Below are positions 13,860 through 27,895 of a stretch of 64,000 nucleotides of DNA, piece after piece. The position numbers and the translations under genes are program-made. Position 1 is the first letter of the stretch. Each line of letters begins with the position of its first letter. The notes below the pieces were generated by a model. It did not search any database. It was not told the origin of the DNA and saw only the letters and a program-made list of their open reading frames with translations. Source of the stretch: the human T2T-CHM13v2.0 reference genome, Homo sapiens; NCBI RefSeq assembly GCF_009914755.1, contig NC_060936.1, one strand, 5' to 3'.

Positions 13860-14307
13860 CTTTTTTTTTCTTTTATTATATCACATTTTATTTTATTTTT
13901 AATTATTATACTTTAAGTTCTAGGGTACTTGTGCACAACGTGCAGGTTTGTTACATATGTATACATGTGCCATGTTTCTGTGCTGCACCCATTAACTCGT
14001 CATTTACATTAGGTATTTCTCCTAGTGCTATCCCTCCCCCTCTCCCCACTGCACGACAGGCCTTGTTGTGTGATGTTCCCCACCCTGTGTCCAAGTGTTC
14101 TCATTGTTCAATTCCCACCTATAAGTGAGAACATGTGGTGTTTGGTTTTCTGTCCTTGCAATAGTTTTCTCAGAATGACGGTTTCCAGCTTCATCCATGT
14201 CCCTGCAAAGGACATGAATTCATCCTTTTTTATGGCTGCATAGTATTCCATGGTGTATATGTGCCACATTTTCTTCATTCGATCTATCATTGATGGACAT
14301 TTGGGTT
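13860..14307 (-). mobile_element. L1PA 3'-end fragment
   Basis: Poly-T followed by ttatactttaagttctagggtac... L1 3'UTR. Confidence 0.92.
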
Positions 14308-14947
14308 TCTTTACTCCAAATAAGTCTATCTACTTCTCATTTTACGGCATGGTTTTTAAATTAATTCTACCTCAGTGCTTTTTTATGTACCATTCATCTC
14401 ATCAGAAATGTCTATCTTCTGACTGCTGTAATCTGTATTCATCAACTCCTTCTGTACCCAGGAGGAGAGAGGAGGCTTTTCAGCTTAATTCAACATCATG
14501 CTGATCATTCTATTACTTGGGCAATTCTCTAGTCACTAGGGGTATCTCATTACATGTTCATGACATACTTTGTTGCTCTTTTGTTTCTATTTCAACCATA
14601 AGCTTGTAAGTTTGTGTAAATTAAATTCAAAATCCCCAAATATGTGATTAGAATGTTATTAGAATAATACGGATATTATTAGAATATTATTAGAATAATA
14701 TGGATATTATTAGAATAGAATAAGGTGCTCTTTAAAAATACACTTTCTGAGGCTCCCCACCCCAGACTCATGGAAATGAAATCTCTAACATTTAGGCTAT
14801 GTAATCTATATTTTTATTTTGTATTTTTAAGCAGGTTCTCTAATAAACTTTAATACAATAAAATTTCTGAGCTTGTATTGTGTACCATCAATTCAAATAT
14901 CATATAAGTGACATTAGTTGAGGGTAACCTGATTTAGGTACACTCAC

Positions 14948-15104
14948 CTTTCTGTCCAGGCTTGTAGGTGGGTTTATCAGTCTGTACAAAGACCACATTC
15001 TCTCTGGATCTGATTGCCACAGATCTCCTCTCTTCCAGGTTGAGAGTGGCTCCTTTAGCAGAAAATGTAATAAATGCCAGTGGGTCAGATCTGGCCTGAG
15101 GAAC
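14948..15104 (-). pseudogene. OVOS2P: OVOS exon 3 (VPQARSDPLAFITF...VFVQTDKPTYKPGQK)
   Basis: Acceptor ttccctag, donor gtgagt, 157 nt, carries the A2M-family VQTDKPxYKPGQ motif. Confidence 0.92.
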
Positions 15105-15576
15105 CTAGGGAACAAATAAATACTCCATGAAACTGATTTTTTGTTAAGAAATCTCTATCACTGTGTGTTGGTATCACTAAAAGTTTTAATTCATAATTTG
15201 TCATATCTATTTCTTCAATAACCAACCTTGTTTATTTCTCTTGCTTTGTCACTTCCTTATCTCACCATTTAAATGGATTCTTTTGCCTTTCTTAAAACTT
15301 CCCTTTTCTGCACAAGAGTCATTCTTTCTATATGTCTTATTCCCTTCAACAATTTTCTATCATAAAATCAAATGTTTTGGCTCTTGCCCTTGTTACCATT
15401 TATGACTGTACTTAACATCATCTCATACTGAGGACTATATTATTCTTTTAAAAATTAAAATAACTTTACACATACAGTCAAATAGCCTGATCTCTGTCCC
15501 TAAAAAATCAGTTATGTGGGTGGTGTTCATGCACCTGTAATATTCTTTTCTATATTAAGCAGAAAGAAGTATTTAC

Positions 15577-15760
15577 CTCAAAGCTGATGCATTTGAAGAA
15601 ATTTTCTCCAGTAACATTTTCTTCAAATATTTTGGTCTGGACCTCACCATAGTTGAGGGAGACCGTCAAAACAACAGATTCAGTGAGATTAAAAAGCTGG
15701 GCACAAGCTTTATCCAAAGAGCCTTCTTGTAGAACAGAAGGAATCAGCAGAACATACTGC
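15577..15760 (-). pseudogene. OVOS2P: OVOS exon 2 (QYVLLIPSVLQEGSLDKAC...FKCISFE)
   Basis: Acceptor ttttgtag, donor gtaaat, 184 nt open frame, homologous to the A2M MG1 domain. Confidence 0.9.
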
Positions 15761-16255
15761 CTACAAAATTCAAGCAAGACCATTACAATTGAATGTGTGA
15801 TTAGTTACTTAGCAATTATTGTGTTAATTGAAGAATTTTTGAGTTTAAGAGAAGTATGTTATTTTTAAATGTTAGAAATACATCAAATGGCTAAATCTGT
15901 ATGAAACAGAAAGATGTTGGCATATGAATTAAATTTTTAAAAGTCAAAAAGGAAATCCCAATTAAAAATCAGCAGGTAATTTGTCATTAGTTCTATAAAG
16001 GTTAACATCATCAGTGTTCTTGTACAATGCTTTTGCCCCCAAACTGACACAGCACATTCTGTTTTATATTTGCCTACTGTTTGTCCAGTTCCTTCCCCAG
16101 CAGCTGTCAGACACCTCTTCCTCAACATAAATATAGCACTGTTACAGCTCTTACTCAGCATTCTGGATATCTACGAGGCAGAGATGATGATGCCAACCAA
16201 ATTTGAAATTTACTAGTCCCATGAGCATATTTTGGGTTATATTGTAAAATGATAA

Positions 16256-16755
<500 letters not shown>

Positions 16756-17569
16756 GATCCAATGAGATGAAGAAAAAGTCAATATGCCGTGTCTGCTAGA
16801 TCCACATACAGGTCAGTGTTCTAGGAGCCCAGACGTTCTCACTAGTCAGGGAAGCCGAGTATGGGACTATATATCCATGCAGGAGATTTTGCCAGTATTT
16901 CCTGAGTCATTCTTAAAGTTTAAGTCATGTTTAAATTTTAGCCATCTCCCAGTGTGTTACATGTCATTAGGTGTGTTATCTAATTTACAAAACAGTCTTG
17001 CATCAGCATTTCCTAGACATAATTTACAATGCCTATGAGTGAAAATTTCAAGAACAAATTAAATCCCATTTCAGTAAATTCAATCATTGTAAATTAATTT
17101 GTATCTCACTATTATTTCTTGGTTGAGAGCTAAATCTATTTTGAGAACTCAGTACCAATTTCTGGTTGGCAATGCTCTGTATAGTTATTACAATGGAAGC
17201 AATGTAAAAATAACAAAGGCTTAAGGAAGCTCTAATTGAAAAAAAATTAAATATTACCATGTCTTTTTTATTACTAATTGTTGATGTTGTATTTTCCATA
17301 CGACATATTTTTATATAAAAGTATCCTGGTAGGAAAGTTTATTGAAGCATTACTTTTTCTTTTTTTGCATTTCATTTTCTTCTTTTCCTTTACCAAAATT
17401 ATTGCCAGGTATTTTGTGTTTCTTTGTCTTTAGAGTTTTGACTAAATAAGATGCTCTTAGAAGACAATCGCACGATTGCTGTGACTTTATCAAGTATCAC
17501 AAAGTGGTTTCATTGGGCTCAGCCTCTGACATTGCCCTTTTACTGAAAACAGCAGGAAATCTATTTACC

Positions 17570-18110
17570 AACTGTTTTTTCCTAAAATTCAAGTTAATTA
17601 TATCATATCCTCTTTAAAAATCCTTAATGGTCCACTATTACCTACAAGATAAATTCCAAACTCTTTAGAAAAAAAAGTTTCTTAAGGCTCTTATCTACCT
17701 ATAGCCCCCACTGCTTGCCCACAGACGTTCTGCTTTCTTCCCTGAAAACACCAGCAATGTGCCACACCCTTTCATCTCTACATGTGTATTTGTGGGCTCA
17801 GTCTTCTGTCTAGAACCTCTCTTTATATGACTTCCTGTCTACCAGGTACATATATCCTCCTTGTTCTTTTGTGATTCGGTTCAAACTTTCATAATTCCCA
17901 AGCTGAAGTTAGTTGTTGCTGCTTTTAGCTCCCATAACACAGGTACTCATCTCTATTACAGGATGTCATGTCACACTACAAATATTTAGTTTTTATGTAA
18001 TACATGCCACTTGGCTGTGGGAATCTCAGAGATACAGCCTGCATGTTTTATTCATTGTTGAATTTCCAATGGGTGGTATATGAATGCAAGCACTTCTTGA
18101 GTCAATCATG
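17570..18110 (+). mobile_element. L2 3' fragment
   Basis: Diverged L2-like motifs (aaaatccttaatggtcc...aaattccaaactc...). Confidence 0.55.
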
Positions 18111-21084
18111 ACTTTTAGTCAGTCTCAGGTTTTCCATAGAATCTTGTGTCTGTGTACAACTAACCATATTCTTGGGGAGCAAAATAGGAGAATATTAACC
18201 CTCCCAGGAGGAGAGCTTCTTTCCATTCACTTCTTTCCATTCAACCCATCCTATGCTGCATTTGAAGTAAGCACTCTTGACTCCCAGACTTTTAAAGCAA
18301 ACCCATTATTGGGGTGCTAGCTTTCTATCCAGAGGTTTTACACAGGTTTTGTAATGCAGTGAGAAGCAGACGCATCTTTCTGACTAATAATGTCTTCTGC
18401 TGGTTTCCCACTGCTATATATTACAGAGAACTAGAAAAGATTAAAGCCAGTATCTGTATTTAGGGTATGGTCAACTTAATGAGACATTAGCTTTTATTTT
18501 ATTGTTACTCTATTTTCACATAACCCTTTCTAAAAAGCCTGTTATCATGCACTTCTTTACCTATGAAATTTTGGCCAAATCTAAAGACAATTGCCCTTAA
18601 TCATTTGACTAAGACAATGGACTTTATGCTTTCAATCTACTCCTTCCTCTTTATATCCCAGTTGGCTAACAGTCTCAGATTAGTGACTACTTGTGTTGTT
18701 CTTTGTGAAAAGCAACACCCAAACCTACCTCTCTTTATGTTTGCCTGTTACTGATTCCTTGGGGTTTCGTTACCCCTTGCTACAACACTCATTCCAAAGT
18801 GTGAATCTAAAATGATCACTTACTATTTGAGGAACACAGTCAGGCATGTACTTACATATAGAGCATCTTTACTAATTAAAATGCAAAATATAAATCATAC
18901 CAATAGTAGGGCACATCTGGAGATCAAATGCTTTCTCAGACTTTATTAACCCATTACAATTTAGAAATCCAAATCTAACATCGATAACAGGAAAGTTAAT
19001 ATAAGAAATTTCCAAAAGACAAATTAGTACAAATGTTTGAATTTGTTGAGTAGAAGGTGGATCTTGCAGTGCACTTATCTTTTATAAGGAGAATTAAATT
19101 CATCTTTATAAACACACATACAATCTCATCTATCTGATTTGATTGAAGAAATCATAACTATTAAATATTTGAATAATACCCCTCTGATAAATAAATATAT
19201 GAGCATACTACACTGACTTGCACATATGAGAATTTTCTAGATTGCCAGTTAGCACCTAAAATTTGGAGTAAATGCCCTAACCTTCTATCTGGGACTCATG
19301 TTTAGAATTATGATTTATTTTCTTATTCCATGGAATTATAATACATATGGAGTAATTCTATTAATATTATTTATACTTGCCTCCAACTCTCTAAGTTACA
19401 TCTGACTTAAGGTATGATTGTTCATTTTTTTAGATTTTCCCCCAGATCTCAAAAGTGAACTTTGTACATAAACATTATCCAAATTGAGAGATAGATATAA
19501 ATATAGACCTCCCTAATACACCTTCTAAATTTGGTAAAAGTCTTCTAACTGTTTAAATGGGAAACAGTAAGAATAACAGAACACATATACACATGAACAC
19601 AGACATACGTAAGTTTTTTACAGTACAATAACAATGTTATTTGCATACAGGATACAGAGCAGTTGTTTCTAATTCTCAGTCTACGCATGGGAAATCCCCT
19701 TCTACTGTGGGAAAAGATTTCATCATTTACTAGACAAGAAGGATCTCATTCATAAAGTTAAGGGTGTGGAGAGAGTGGGAAAAATGATGGTGTGGGTTGT
19801 CTGTTAGGCAAACTGGGAATGCCGTTTCCAGCATATGAAAAAAATCCCTCTTTATTCACATACATTCCAATGTTCACTTCCTCATCCTGTAAAGCAGAGA
19901 TGTGTTTCATTACAACTATAAAAGTGCAATGCTGGGCTAAAGCCTCCTTACCATTACTACAAAAAAGGATTCTAAACAAAATCTAAATCAATGCTTCTAA
20001 CTTTAAGATCATTGCTCTAATGTTTTAAAAAAATGCATCTGGGATGCCTTTTATTATAATTTTTTAACAGCAGCAATTTATTTTATGAAATTAAAAAAAT
20101 GAGTTCAGTAATTGTCAAAATAAAACACAAGTAAGACATAAGTCCAAGTCTGAGTATATTGTGAATACTTTGGAATAATGTTATTAATAAACATTGTCTG
20201 CTTTTATGGCAGTGAATATTCATATATTTAATATAAGAAAACATTTTATATTCAAGATGCCTTTCCCTACAATGCAAAGTAACTGAAGTTTATAGGTAAT
20301 ATATACTATTAAAAAATAAAAATTAATATATACTCATGAAAAGTAAAAAGAAAAATAAGAAAAAGAATAAATTATGCTTCCAAGCTTAGTGAAGATCTAT
20401 TCACTCTTCCAAAGTCATTTTCAGAATATAACTTCTCTCCTGTGTTTTCACCACCTTTCTTGCTTCACTTTCTTTAAAGTATGAATCTTTAGGTAGTATT
20501 GATCATTTTTGATATTAAGAAAATACAAAGCTTCTGGAAATAATTCAAATCATTTTGCAACTTTTGGCTGTGATCACTTTGCAAAGCATGCAGTGTTTCT
20601 TCGTAGCCAATTGATGAAGGGTTTAGGGAAATTTGCCAGGAACTTACCATGAGTCATGGGACAAATGGGAACCCGTCATTCCCTCTGCAAAACCTGTTCT
20701 TGAGAAGCCCTTTGTCCAGAGCCTCAGTAGGCAGCTGGTTCATACCAACCAATGGTAAGCAATGCTCATCTGTTCTCTCCCTTAAGGCCTCTCTTTGTGT
20801 AAAGACCCACAAGCATAAGTATCTGTGGTGGGGCTGTGTCATGAGGGCAGGCTCACAGTGCTCTCCTCTGAGTTACCACTACTGAACATAATCAGGGTGT
20901 GTAAACTTGTTTTATTTGGCATTAAAGCCGTTACAACAAGTTATAAACATTTCCAGAGCTTCTTACTAGTGGAAGCAGAGGTAGTCTCTCAGGCAGAGTG
21001 TGGTTAGGACCGAATGCACTCTGTTGGGAAAGGCCTGTGGTAAATGCAACACCTTGGCACAAGAAAGTTATACTTTTGTTGTAG

Positions 21085-22117
21085 TGTAAACCAAAAATAA
21101 AATTCTAAGCCCCCCAACCAATAGAATGAACCCCTTCTGTCAGCCAAGGACATCCTACAGTAAATCTGAAACACTAGTTCAGGCCATGATAGGAGTGGGA
21201 GGTCAGATGTATCTGATTACACCTTCCCCCTTTGGAATACAGGCACTGCTGATCAGCATTAACATCAAAACAGAGAGCTTAAGACAAAATACTCTTTGTA
21301 GCAATAAGACATCAACATGACAGATAACAGGGCCTAAAAGAAATTGAAGTATTTTACCCTCAAATATATTTCTTTCTTTTTTTTACTCGAACATGATCAT
21401 TTTTTAAAAATTTTACTTTAACTTCTGGTATAATGTGCAGAATGTTCAGGTTTATTGCATAGGTATATATGTGCCATGGTGGTTTGCTGCACCTATCAAT
21501 CTGCCATCCAGGTTTTAAGCCCCGCACCCACAATATATTTCTTTGACATATTTTGAAATGGATCTGCACAGTTGTCTTTTGTGGGGAAAATCTACATTCT
21601 ACAGAGAATCGCCATCCTTTTCCAGGTCATTTTCCTGATCCAGGAGAGACTTAACTAAGAGTTTGGCACCTTTTTAAGTCTGATAAGAGACATTTACAAT
21701 CTGTTCTCTCTGAAGCCTGCTACGCAGAGGCTTCATCTGCATAATAAGAATCTTGGTCTCCAAAACCCGTTATCTTAACCCAGACACTTCCTCCTATCGA
21801 TTCCAGCTCTTTAGATAAACTATGTTAATCAAGTGCCAATCAGAAAATCTTTGAATCCACCTAGGACCTGGAAGCACAGTTCCCTGCCCCCTTTGAGCTG
21901 TCCTGCCTTTCTAGACCTAACCAACGTGTACCACAAATGTATCGATTAATGTCGTATGTCTCCCTAAAACATGTAGATTCAAACTGTGGCCCAACCACCT
22001 TGAGCGCATGTTCTCAGGATCTCCTGGGGCTGTGTCTTCATGGGCCATGGTCATGCATATTTGGCTCAGAATAACTCTCTCCAAATATTTTACAGAGTTT
22101 GACTCTTTTCATAGACA
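21085..22117 (+). mobile_element. MER4-group ERV1 solo LTR, interrupted by an L1 fragment
   Basis: Starts TGTAAACCAAAAATAAAATTCTAAGCCCCCC and ends ...gactcttttcatagaCA; 4-bp TSD GTAG on both sides. Confidence 0.85.
21376..21527 (-). mobile_element. Short L1PA 3'-end insertion inside the MER4 LTR
   Basis: L1 3'UTR terminus with TSD caa(a)tatatttcttt on both sides. Confidence 0.8.
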
Positions 22118-22214
22118 GTAGCTTTCAGAAAACTACAATTACTCAACCTGACTTTAAAATATTAACATATTAAGAATTTGGTTTGTGTGTAAAACATTCA
22201 TTCCTTTCCTTGTA

Positions 22215-22450
22215 AGGTAGTTACAGAGAAGGACAAAGGCCTTGGAGCCTCATGGTGAGTGTTTGGATCTTGGTTCTACCACTTCTCAGATGATCAACCT
22301 TGGATGAGTTATTTGAATTCCCTGTGCTTCCCTTCCTTTGTCTATAGATGGGAATAATCACAATACCATACCTTATAAGCTTGTTGTGGAAATTGAACAA
22401 GTAATATATTTAAAGTGATTAGAACAGTTACTGACACAGTAAACACTGGG
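22215..22450 (+). mobile_element. MIR SINE
   Basis: MIR core (ggttctaccactt...ccttggatgagttattt...gggaataatcacaatacc). Confidence 0.65.
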
Positions 22451-23179
22451 TAAGCCTCTACAGAGACTAAATATTACACCCCTAACCACCAAACACACCC
22501 TACAAAATTCTAGTCATAAAGAGCATTAGTATGAACAATGGATTACTCATGTCAGCCAAGCGCTCTCCAAAATGATTTTCCTGAAATCAATATAGAAACA
22601 ACTAAAAAGAAATGAGATGTCGTAAGTTCTATATAATGATGCTATAGAATAAAGGAGGAAAGGAATTGAAAAAGAAAAGTAAGAACATCTTTGTCAGGTG
22701 CAAGTAACAGAATACCTAAACAGACTTTTAAAAAATCAAACATTTATAATCTCATTTGGCACAAATCCTGAGAATGGAGGACTGGCATTGGTTCAGCAGC
22801 TCATGCATGCCATCAAACAGTTTCCTAAATTCTTTCCACCCTACTTCCTTGATGTGTCAGTATTATTTGCAATTTTGGCTCCTGACGTAGCAAAGATTAT
22901 TCCTTCCCAGCAATATCTCAATCTGAATGAAAAGAGTGAGCAGGAAAAAATTTTCTTCTCCTACATCTCTCTTTTCTTTTCTTTTCTCTTCTCTCCTTCT
23001 TTCTCCTTCTCCTCCTCCTCCACCTTCTCTCTTTCCCTTTTCCTGCCCCCCACCTCTTTTACAAACTATTGCAGATGCTATATTAGGAAATTTTCCTGTA
23101 TAGCTCCTTATCCACGCCTGGTTTATATCTCTCATTGCTAGGCCAAAGAGTGTACCCTCTAGATAATCCCCTTCATGGC

Positions 23180-23580
23180 AGAGGCACTTATGACCCTAGC
23201 TGCTAGGAATGTTGGTGGCTGTTGGCTGTCAGATGAATTCACCTCTGAGAACCTCCCTCAGCATCAGAGAAACATTTCACCCAGGTTCCTCTTCCTTTCT
23301 AGGGGCAGCTCAGTGCACAATAATGGGTACTATGTGTGTATAAATGCACAGCTCTGTTGCCTTAAATTAGGACAACTCTGAACAATCACCCCAACCCCAC
23401 AGCTCCCCACGGGATATACTGATAACTTTATTGTGACTGCCTTGTAGTACAGCTCCTTTTTCTGTACAATCCTGCTTCCTTCATCCTCTACAGGTGTTGA
23501 TCTTTAGAATTCTCTCCAATAAACCCTCTTCCCACAAATCTTCATCTCAGAGTCTCCGTTTTGTGGAACCTGATCTGTGG
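23180..23580 (+). mobile_element. LTR16-like ERVL LTR
   Basis: 3' end aataaacc...catctcagagtctc...ggaacctgatct is typical of LTR16. Confidence 0.6.
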
Positions 23581-23952
23581 ATTCCAATCACTGTAAGAGG
23601 GGACTGTGATAATATGATTGACTTAAAAAACAAAATCATGATTCATCTGAGAGCACTTGAGGCCTGAGCAAAATACACATTCTCTAAACTTACAAAGAAG
23701 AGGAAAATCTCATGTGTGAGCAACCACAAACAGAGAAAAGTGGATTGTTCAAGACACTTTGACTATTGCATTGTGTTGGAAGGATGGGAAGGAGAGAACA
23801 GAAAGTTGTGAGCAGGATAAAAATACTAAAATGTCATTCTTTGGTACAGTAAAAAGAAAATGAGAGCTCCCAAAGATCAGTGAACAGCAAGAACAATTAT
23901 GATATTAACATGGGCAGAGTTTCCTAAAAGAAGAATCCAGAGATGGTCTAAG

Positions 23953-24123
23953 CAGTGCTTCTCAAACTTTAATTTGTACATACCCAATCTGAGGATGATC
24001 TTGTTAACATGTGGATTCTGGTTCAGCATATGTGGGTAGGACCTGACATTCTGCATTCATTTCCAACAGCCTCCCAGCAATGCAAGTACTGCTACTCTTC
24101 TGACCACACTTAGAGTAGCAAGG
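23953..24123. mobile_element. MER5A-like DNA transposon
   Basis: cagtgcttctcaaacttt...gaccacacttagagtagcaagg termini. Confidence 0.7.
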
Positions 24124-24209
24124 CTCTGGAGCCTTTGAACCCCAGTTCACCATTACCTATGGCTGGGGAAGCTTGGAATAACCCTGATGTCCAAGCTATG
24201 CCCTTAGAT

Positions 24210-24805
24210 CAAGGGATTTAAATTGTGGTCTTGGGGCTAGTAGTGCCAGTATCACTTGGGATCCTCTTAAAAATACAAGTTCTTCCATGGTGTATATGTG
24301 TCACATTTTCTTAATCCAGTCTATCATTTTTGGACACCGTGGAATACTATGCAGCCATAAAAAATGATGAGTTCATGTCCTTTGTAGGGACACGGATGAA
24401 GATGGAAACCATCATTCTCAGCAAACTATCACAAGGACAAAAAAACAAACACCGCATGTTCTCACTCATAGGTGGGCATTGAACAATGAGAACACATGGA
24501 CACGGGAAGGGGAACATCACACACCGGGGCCTGTTGTGGGGTTGGGGGAGGGGGGAGGGATAGCATTAGGAGATATACCTAATGTAAATGACGAGTTAAT
24601 GGGTGCAGCACACCAACATGGCACACGTATACATATGTAACAAACCTGCATGTTGTGCACATGTACCCTAGAACTTAAAGTATAATATATATATACAAGT
24701 TCTTGTGCTTCAGCCAGACCTATTGAGTCAGAATTCCAGGAATGAGCCTCAGCAATCTCACCATCTGGGTGATTCTGACACACAGTAGAGTTTGAGAACC
24801 ACTGC
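24210..24805. mobile_element. MER5-like element split by an L1PA insertion
   Basis: Left half 24210-24284 and right half 24693-24805, ending tttgagaaccactg. Confidence 0.65.
24285..24692 (+). mobile_element. L1PA 3' fragment with 5' inversion
   Basis: Inverted segment 24285-24336, then sense 3'UTR; TSD atacaagttctt. Confidence 0.9.
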
Positions 24806-25029
24806 CTTGCTTCGGCAATCCTATTAAGTTGGTCGAAGTGAGACGTCACATTAAAAACAAACAAACAAAAAAACCTAGGCTCCTAGCATGTTCAAGGAAA
24901 CTCCACCCAAGAAAAATGTGACCTTCTAGTACACTTGTGCTAGAGGTTTAAAAGAACAAATCCAGCTTATTTTGGCATATGCTGTCCCTTATGGGATGAA
25001 AGAAATGGGTAACTTTTTTTCTGCCTAAG

Positions 25030-26450
25030 TAAGTAAATGATCAATTTACAGTCCTCAATTTCCTTGACACACTTGCAGCACTGGACACTGTTGACTACTC
25101 CTTTTTCCCTGACAGTTTTTGACCTGGCTTCCAGGAGACCACACTGTTTTGGTCTTCCTCTGACTTCACTGGTTTCTCTCTTACCCAGTCTCCTTGGCTG
25201 ATTTCTTCGCAATCTGCTTCCTCCCAACCTCCACATATTCAAGAGCTTCACAGAAAAGGCCCAAATTCTCTTCCCTATTCAGACTCACTGCCTGAGTAAT
25301 CTCTTCCCATCCCACAGTCTATGTGCTCACAATTCCACAATGTATATATTTTTTTTAGCTCAGAGCTCTCTCTTTCTCTCAAACTCCTATACTGATTGTC
25401 CAGCCTCCAACCTGATGTCTCCACTTAAGTATATAAAATCAAAAGCTCAAAGATGAATTATTAATCTTCTACCCCAAACCTATGTCAGCCATGGCATAGC
25501 TCAGGTAATGGCAATTCTTTCCATAGAATTAGCTCAGGCCAACAGCATGGGAATAATCTCTGATCACTTTTTTTTTCTCATTCCTTGTATCCAGTCCATC
25601 AGGAAATCATACTGGTTTTACTTTCAAAATATACCTAGAGTCTATTGCTTCTTACCAGCTTCTCCCCTGCTACAACCCTGGTCCAAGCCACAATCACCTT
25701 TTGCCTGGATTATTTTCACAACCTCCACGAGGTCTCCTCACTTCTACTCCTGCACTCCTACAGCCTATACTCAACACAGCAGCTAGCTGATTATTTTAAA
25801 ACATAATCAGATCAGGTCACTGCTCTATCCAAAACCCTGCAAATCATTCCCAGTTTTGCTCAGAGTGAAATCTAAAGCCCTAACAATGACCCTTGATCCC
25901 CTTCCTGGTTTGGTGCCCCAACATGTTTCTTATCTCTCTACCTACTACTGTATGCACCTCTTTGCTCCGTCTGCTCTAGTGCCATGCTAACTTAATTGTT
26001 GTTTCTTGAACACACAAGACACACTTTAACTTTATGGGCCTTGTTTTTTTCTAGCTGATCTCACTGCCAGGCCTAGATTTTCCTTAGATGTCTATGTGGC
26101 CAACTCCATAACCTCCGTCAAGACTTTGCCCAAATGTCGTTGCCTCAATGATATCAATCCTAAGCCTTGTGTTTAGCTTTCCAGTCTTCTCACCTCCCAG
26201 AGTGTTCTATATCCTCCTGCCCTTCTCTTCATTTTATATTTTCCATAGCACTTATAGCCTCTTAATTTCCTAGACTTTGCTTACCCATTATGTTCATTAT
26301 TATGTTTGCGCATTTCGTTTGATTGTATTATACGTATTGTTTGTCTCCCCCATTAGAATGCAAGCACCACAAGGGCAGCTGTTTTTACTATTTTCATGCA
26401 TTGATATTTCCCAAACACCAGGAAGAGTATTTGGCAACTATCAGCATTCA
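25030..26450 (+). mobile_element. L2 LINE fragment
   Basis: L2 motifs (cagatcaggtcactgctc...ttagaatgcaagcaccacaagggcag). Confidence 0.7.
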
Positions 26451-27162
26451 AGACTGGAGGTCTGAACTAAAGCAGCATGGCAGTGCTGGATAAAATCATG
26501 TAGGTCTATGAGTCATTCAGGAGGTAGATCAACAATTGTCAATTATCAACACTGAGAGAAAATGAGATGAGAGAGAGAAGGAGGTAAATTTGACCCTTAG
26601 GTGATGGGTGATGATATTGTCACACACCGAAGCGGGGATCTAAGTTGGAGAAACTGGTTTGGAGTAGATTATGGATCCTATTGAAGTGCCTGTGGGACAT
26701 TCAGTTAAAGAAGCACCTTAGGCAGTGGGATATGTGGAACTGAAGTGTGAATATAGAGGCATATATTTGGGATACACAAAAATACAGACAGTAACTGAAA
26801 TGCAGGATATTTAATGTGTATAGTGAGAAGAGAAGAGGGTTTGCAATAGAATCATAAAAAAATTATTTAATAGTAAGAGAAAGTGAGGTCAAAATGAAGA
26901 TCATTAAATATCCAGAAAGTGAGAAGGAAAATGTGATTATTATGGGAATATAATCCATCTCTCTAGGATATGGATATAATCCATCTTTAGGATATGGATT
27001 ATATGTGATGGTGGAAGGAAAAGAAAACAATAAACAGAAAGAGGCTGAGGATAAAGAAGAGAAAGACAATAAAATTGATGGAATGAGAAGGTGGCGAAAC
27101 AGGATGAGATTTCTAGAACATAGCAAAGGAGATGTTAGTGTTAAGGGTTTCAGCTACTCATT

Positions 27163-27491
27163 AAATATATATATCTACATTTATATATACACACATACAT
27201 ATATACACATATATGTGTATATATATATGGGCATATGCATGTATACGTATGCACATACACACATACATATGTGTATACACATGTGCACCTATCTGTACAC
27301 ATACATATATTCACATGTACATGTGTATACATGTGTATGTGTATGTATACTTACATATACTATATGTGTGTATGTGCATGTATACATACATATACACATA
27401 TATACACCCATGTGTATATGTATATACATACACATATTGTAGGTATATATGTGTATACATGTATGTATGTATATACATATATATACACACA
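27163..27491. repeat. (TA/CA/TG)n alternating purine-pyrimidine low-complexity tract
   Basis: Directly visible, about 330 bp. Confidence 0.95.
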
Positions 27492-27895
27492 AAGTTTATT
27501 TCAAATTGCAAAAAAGTATGTGATTACTGTATAAGAAAATGATAGAGACAGTTAATTATTATTCCCATTGTTCAAAGTACTTTTGCATGGAGCAGGAATG
27601 GTGGACATAAAAGTGCCATGTGATGCTTCAATAGCACAAACCTTCTCCAAATCAGAGCTATACAGCCTCCATGAAATATTCCGTGGTAGTCTAGTTTACT
27701 GAAGACCTCTTCTTAAACACACACACTCACACATACACAATCACATGAATATAATCACATCAAAGCTTGGCACTTTCCATTCAACACTCCTGAATTAAAA
27801 TGTTCATTATTTACTATAAAAATCTGGACACGGAAAATGACTTCAGTACTCTGTTCAAAAAGAAACTGGGGAAAGGTTTTATTGAAAAAGGCAAG

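Noticed and set aside
16860-16880. TATATA about 115 bp upstream of the OVOS ATG as a TATA box
   Set aside because: This hexamer is common in AT-rich DNA and there is no transcription start evidence.
27005-27542. Tyr/Ile/His/Cys-rich ORFs on both strands
   Set aside because: These are translations of the dinucleotide low-complexity tract.
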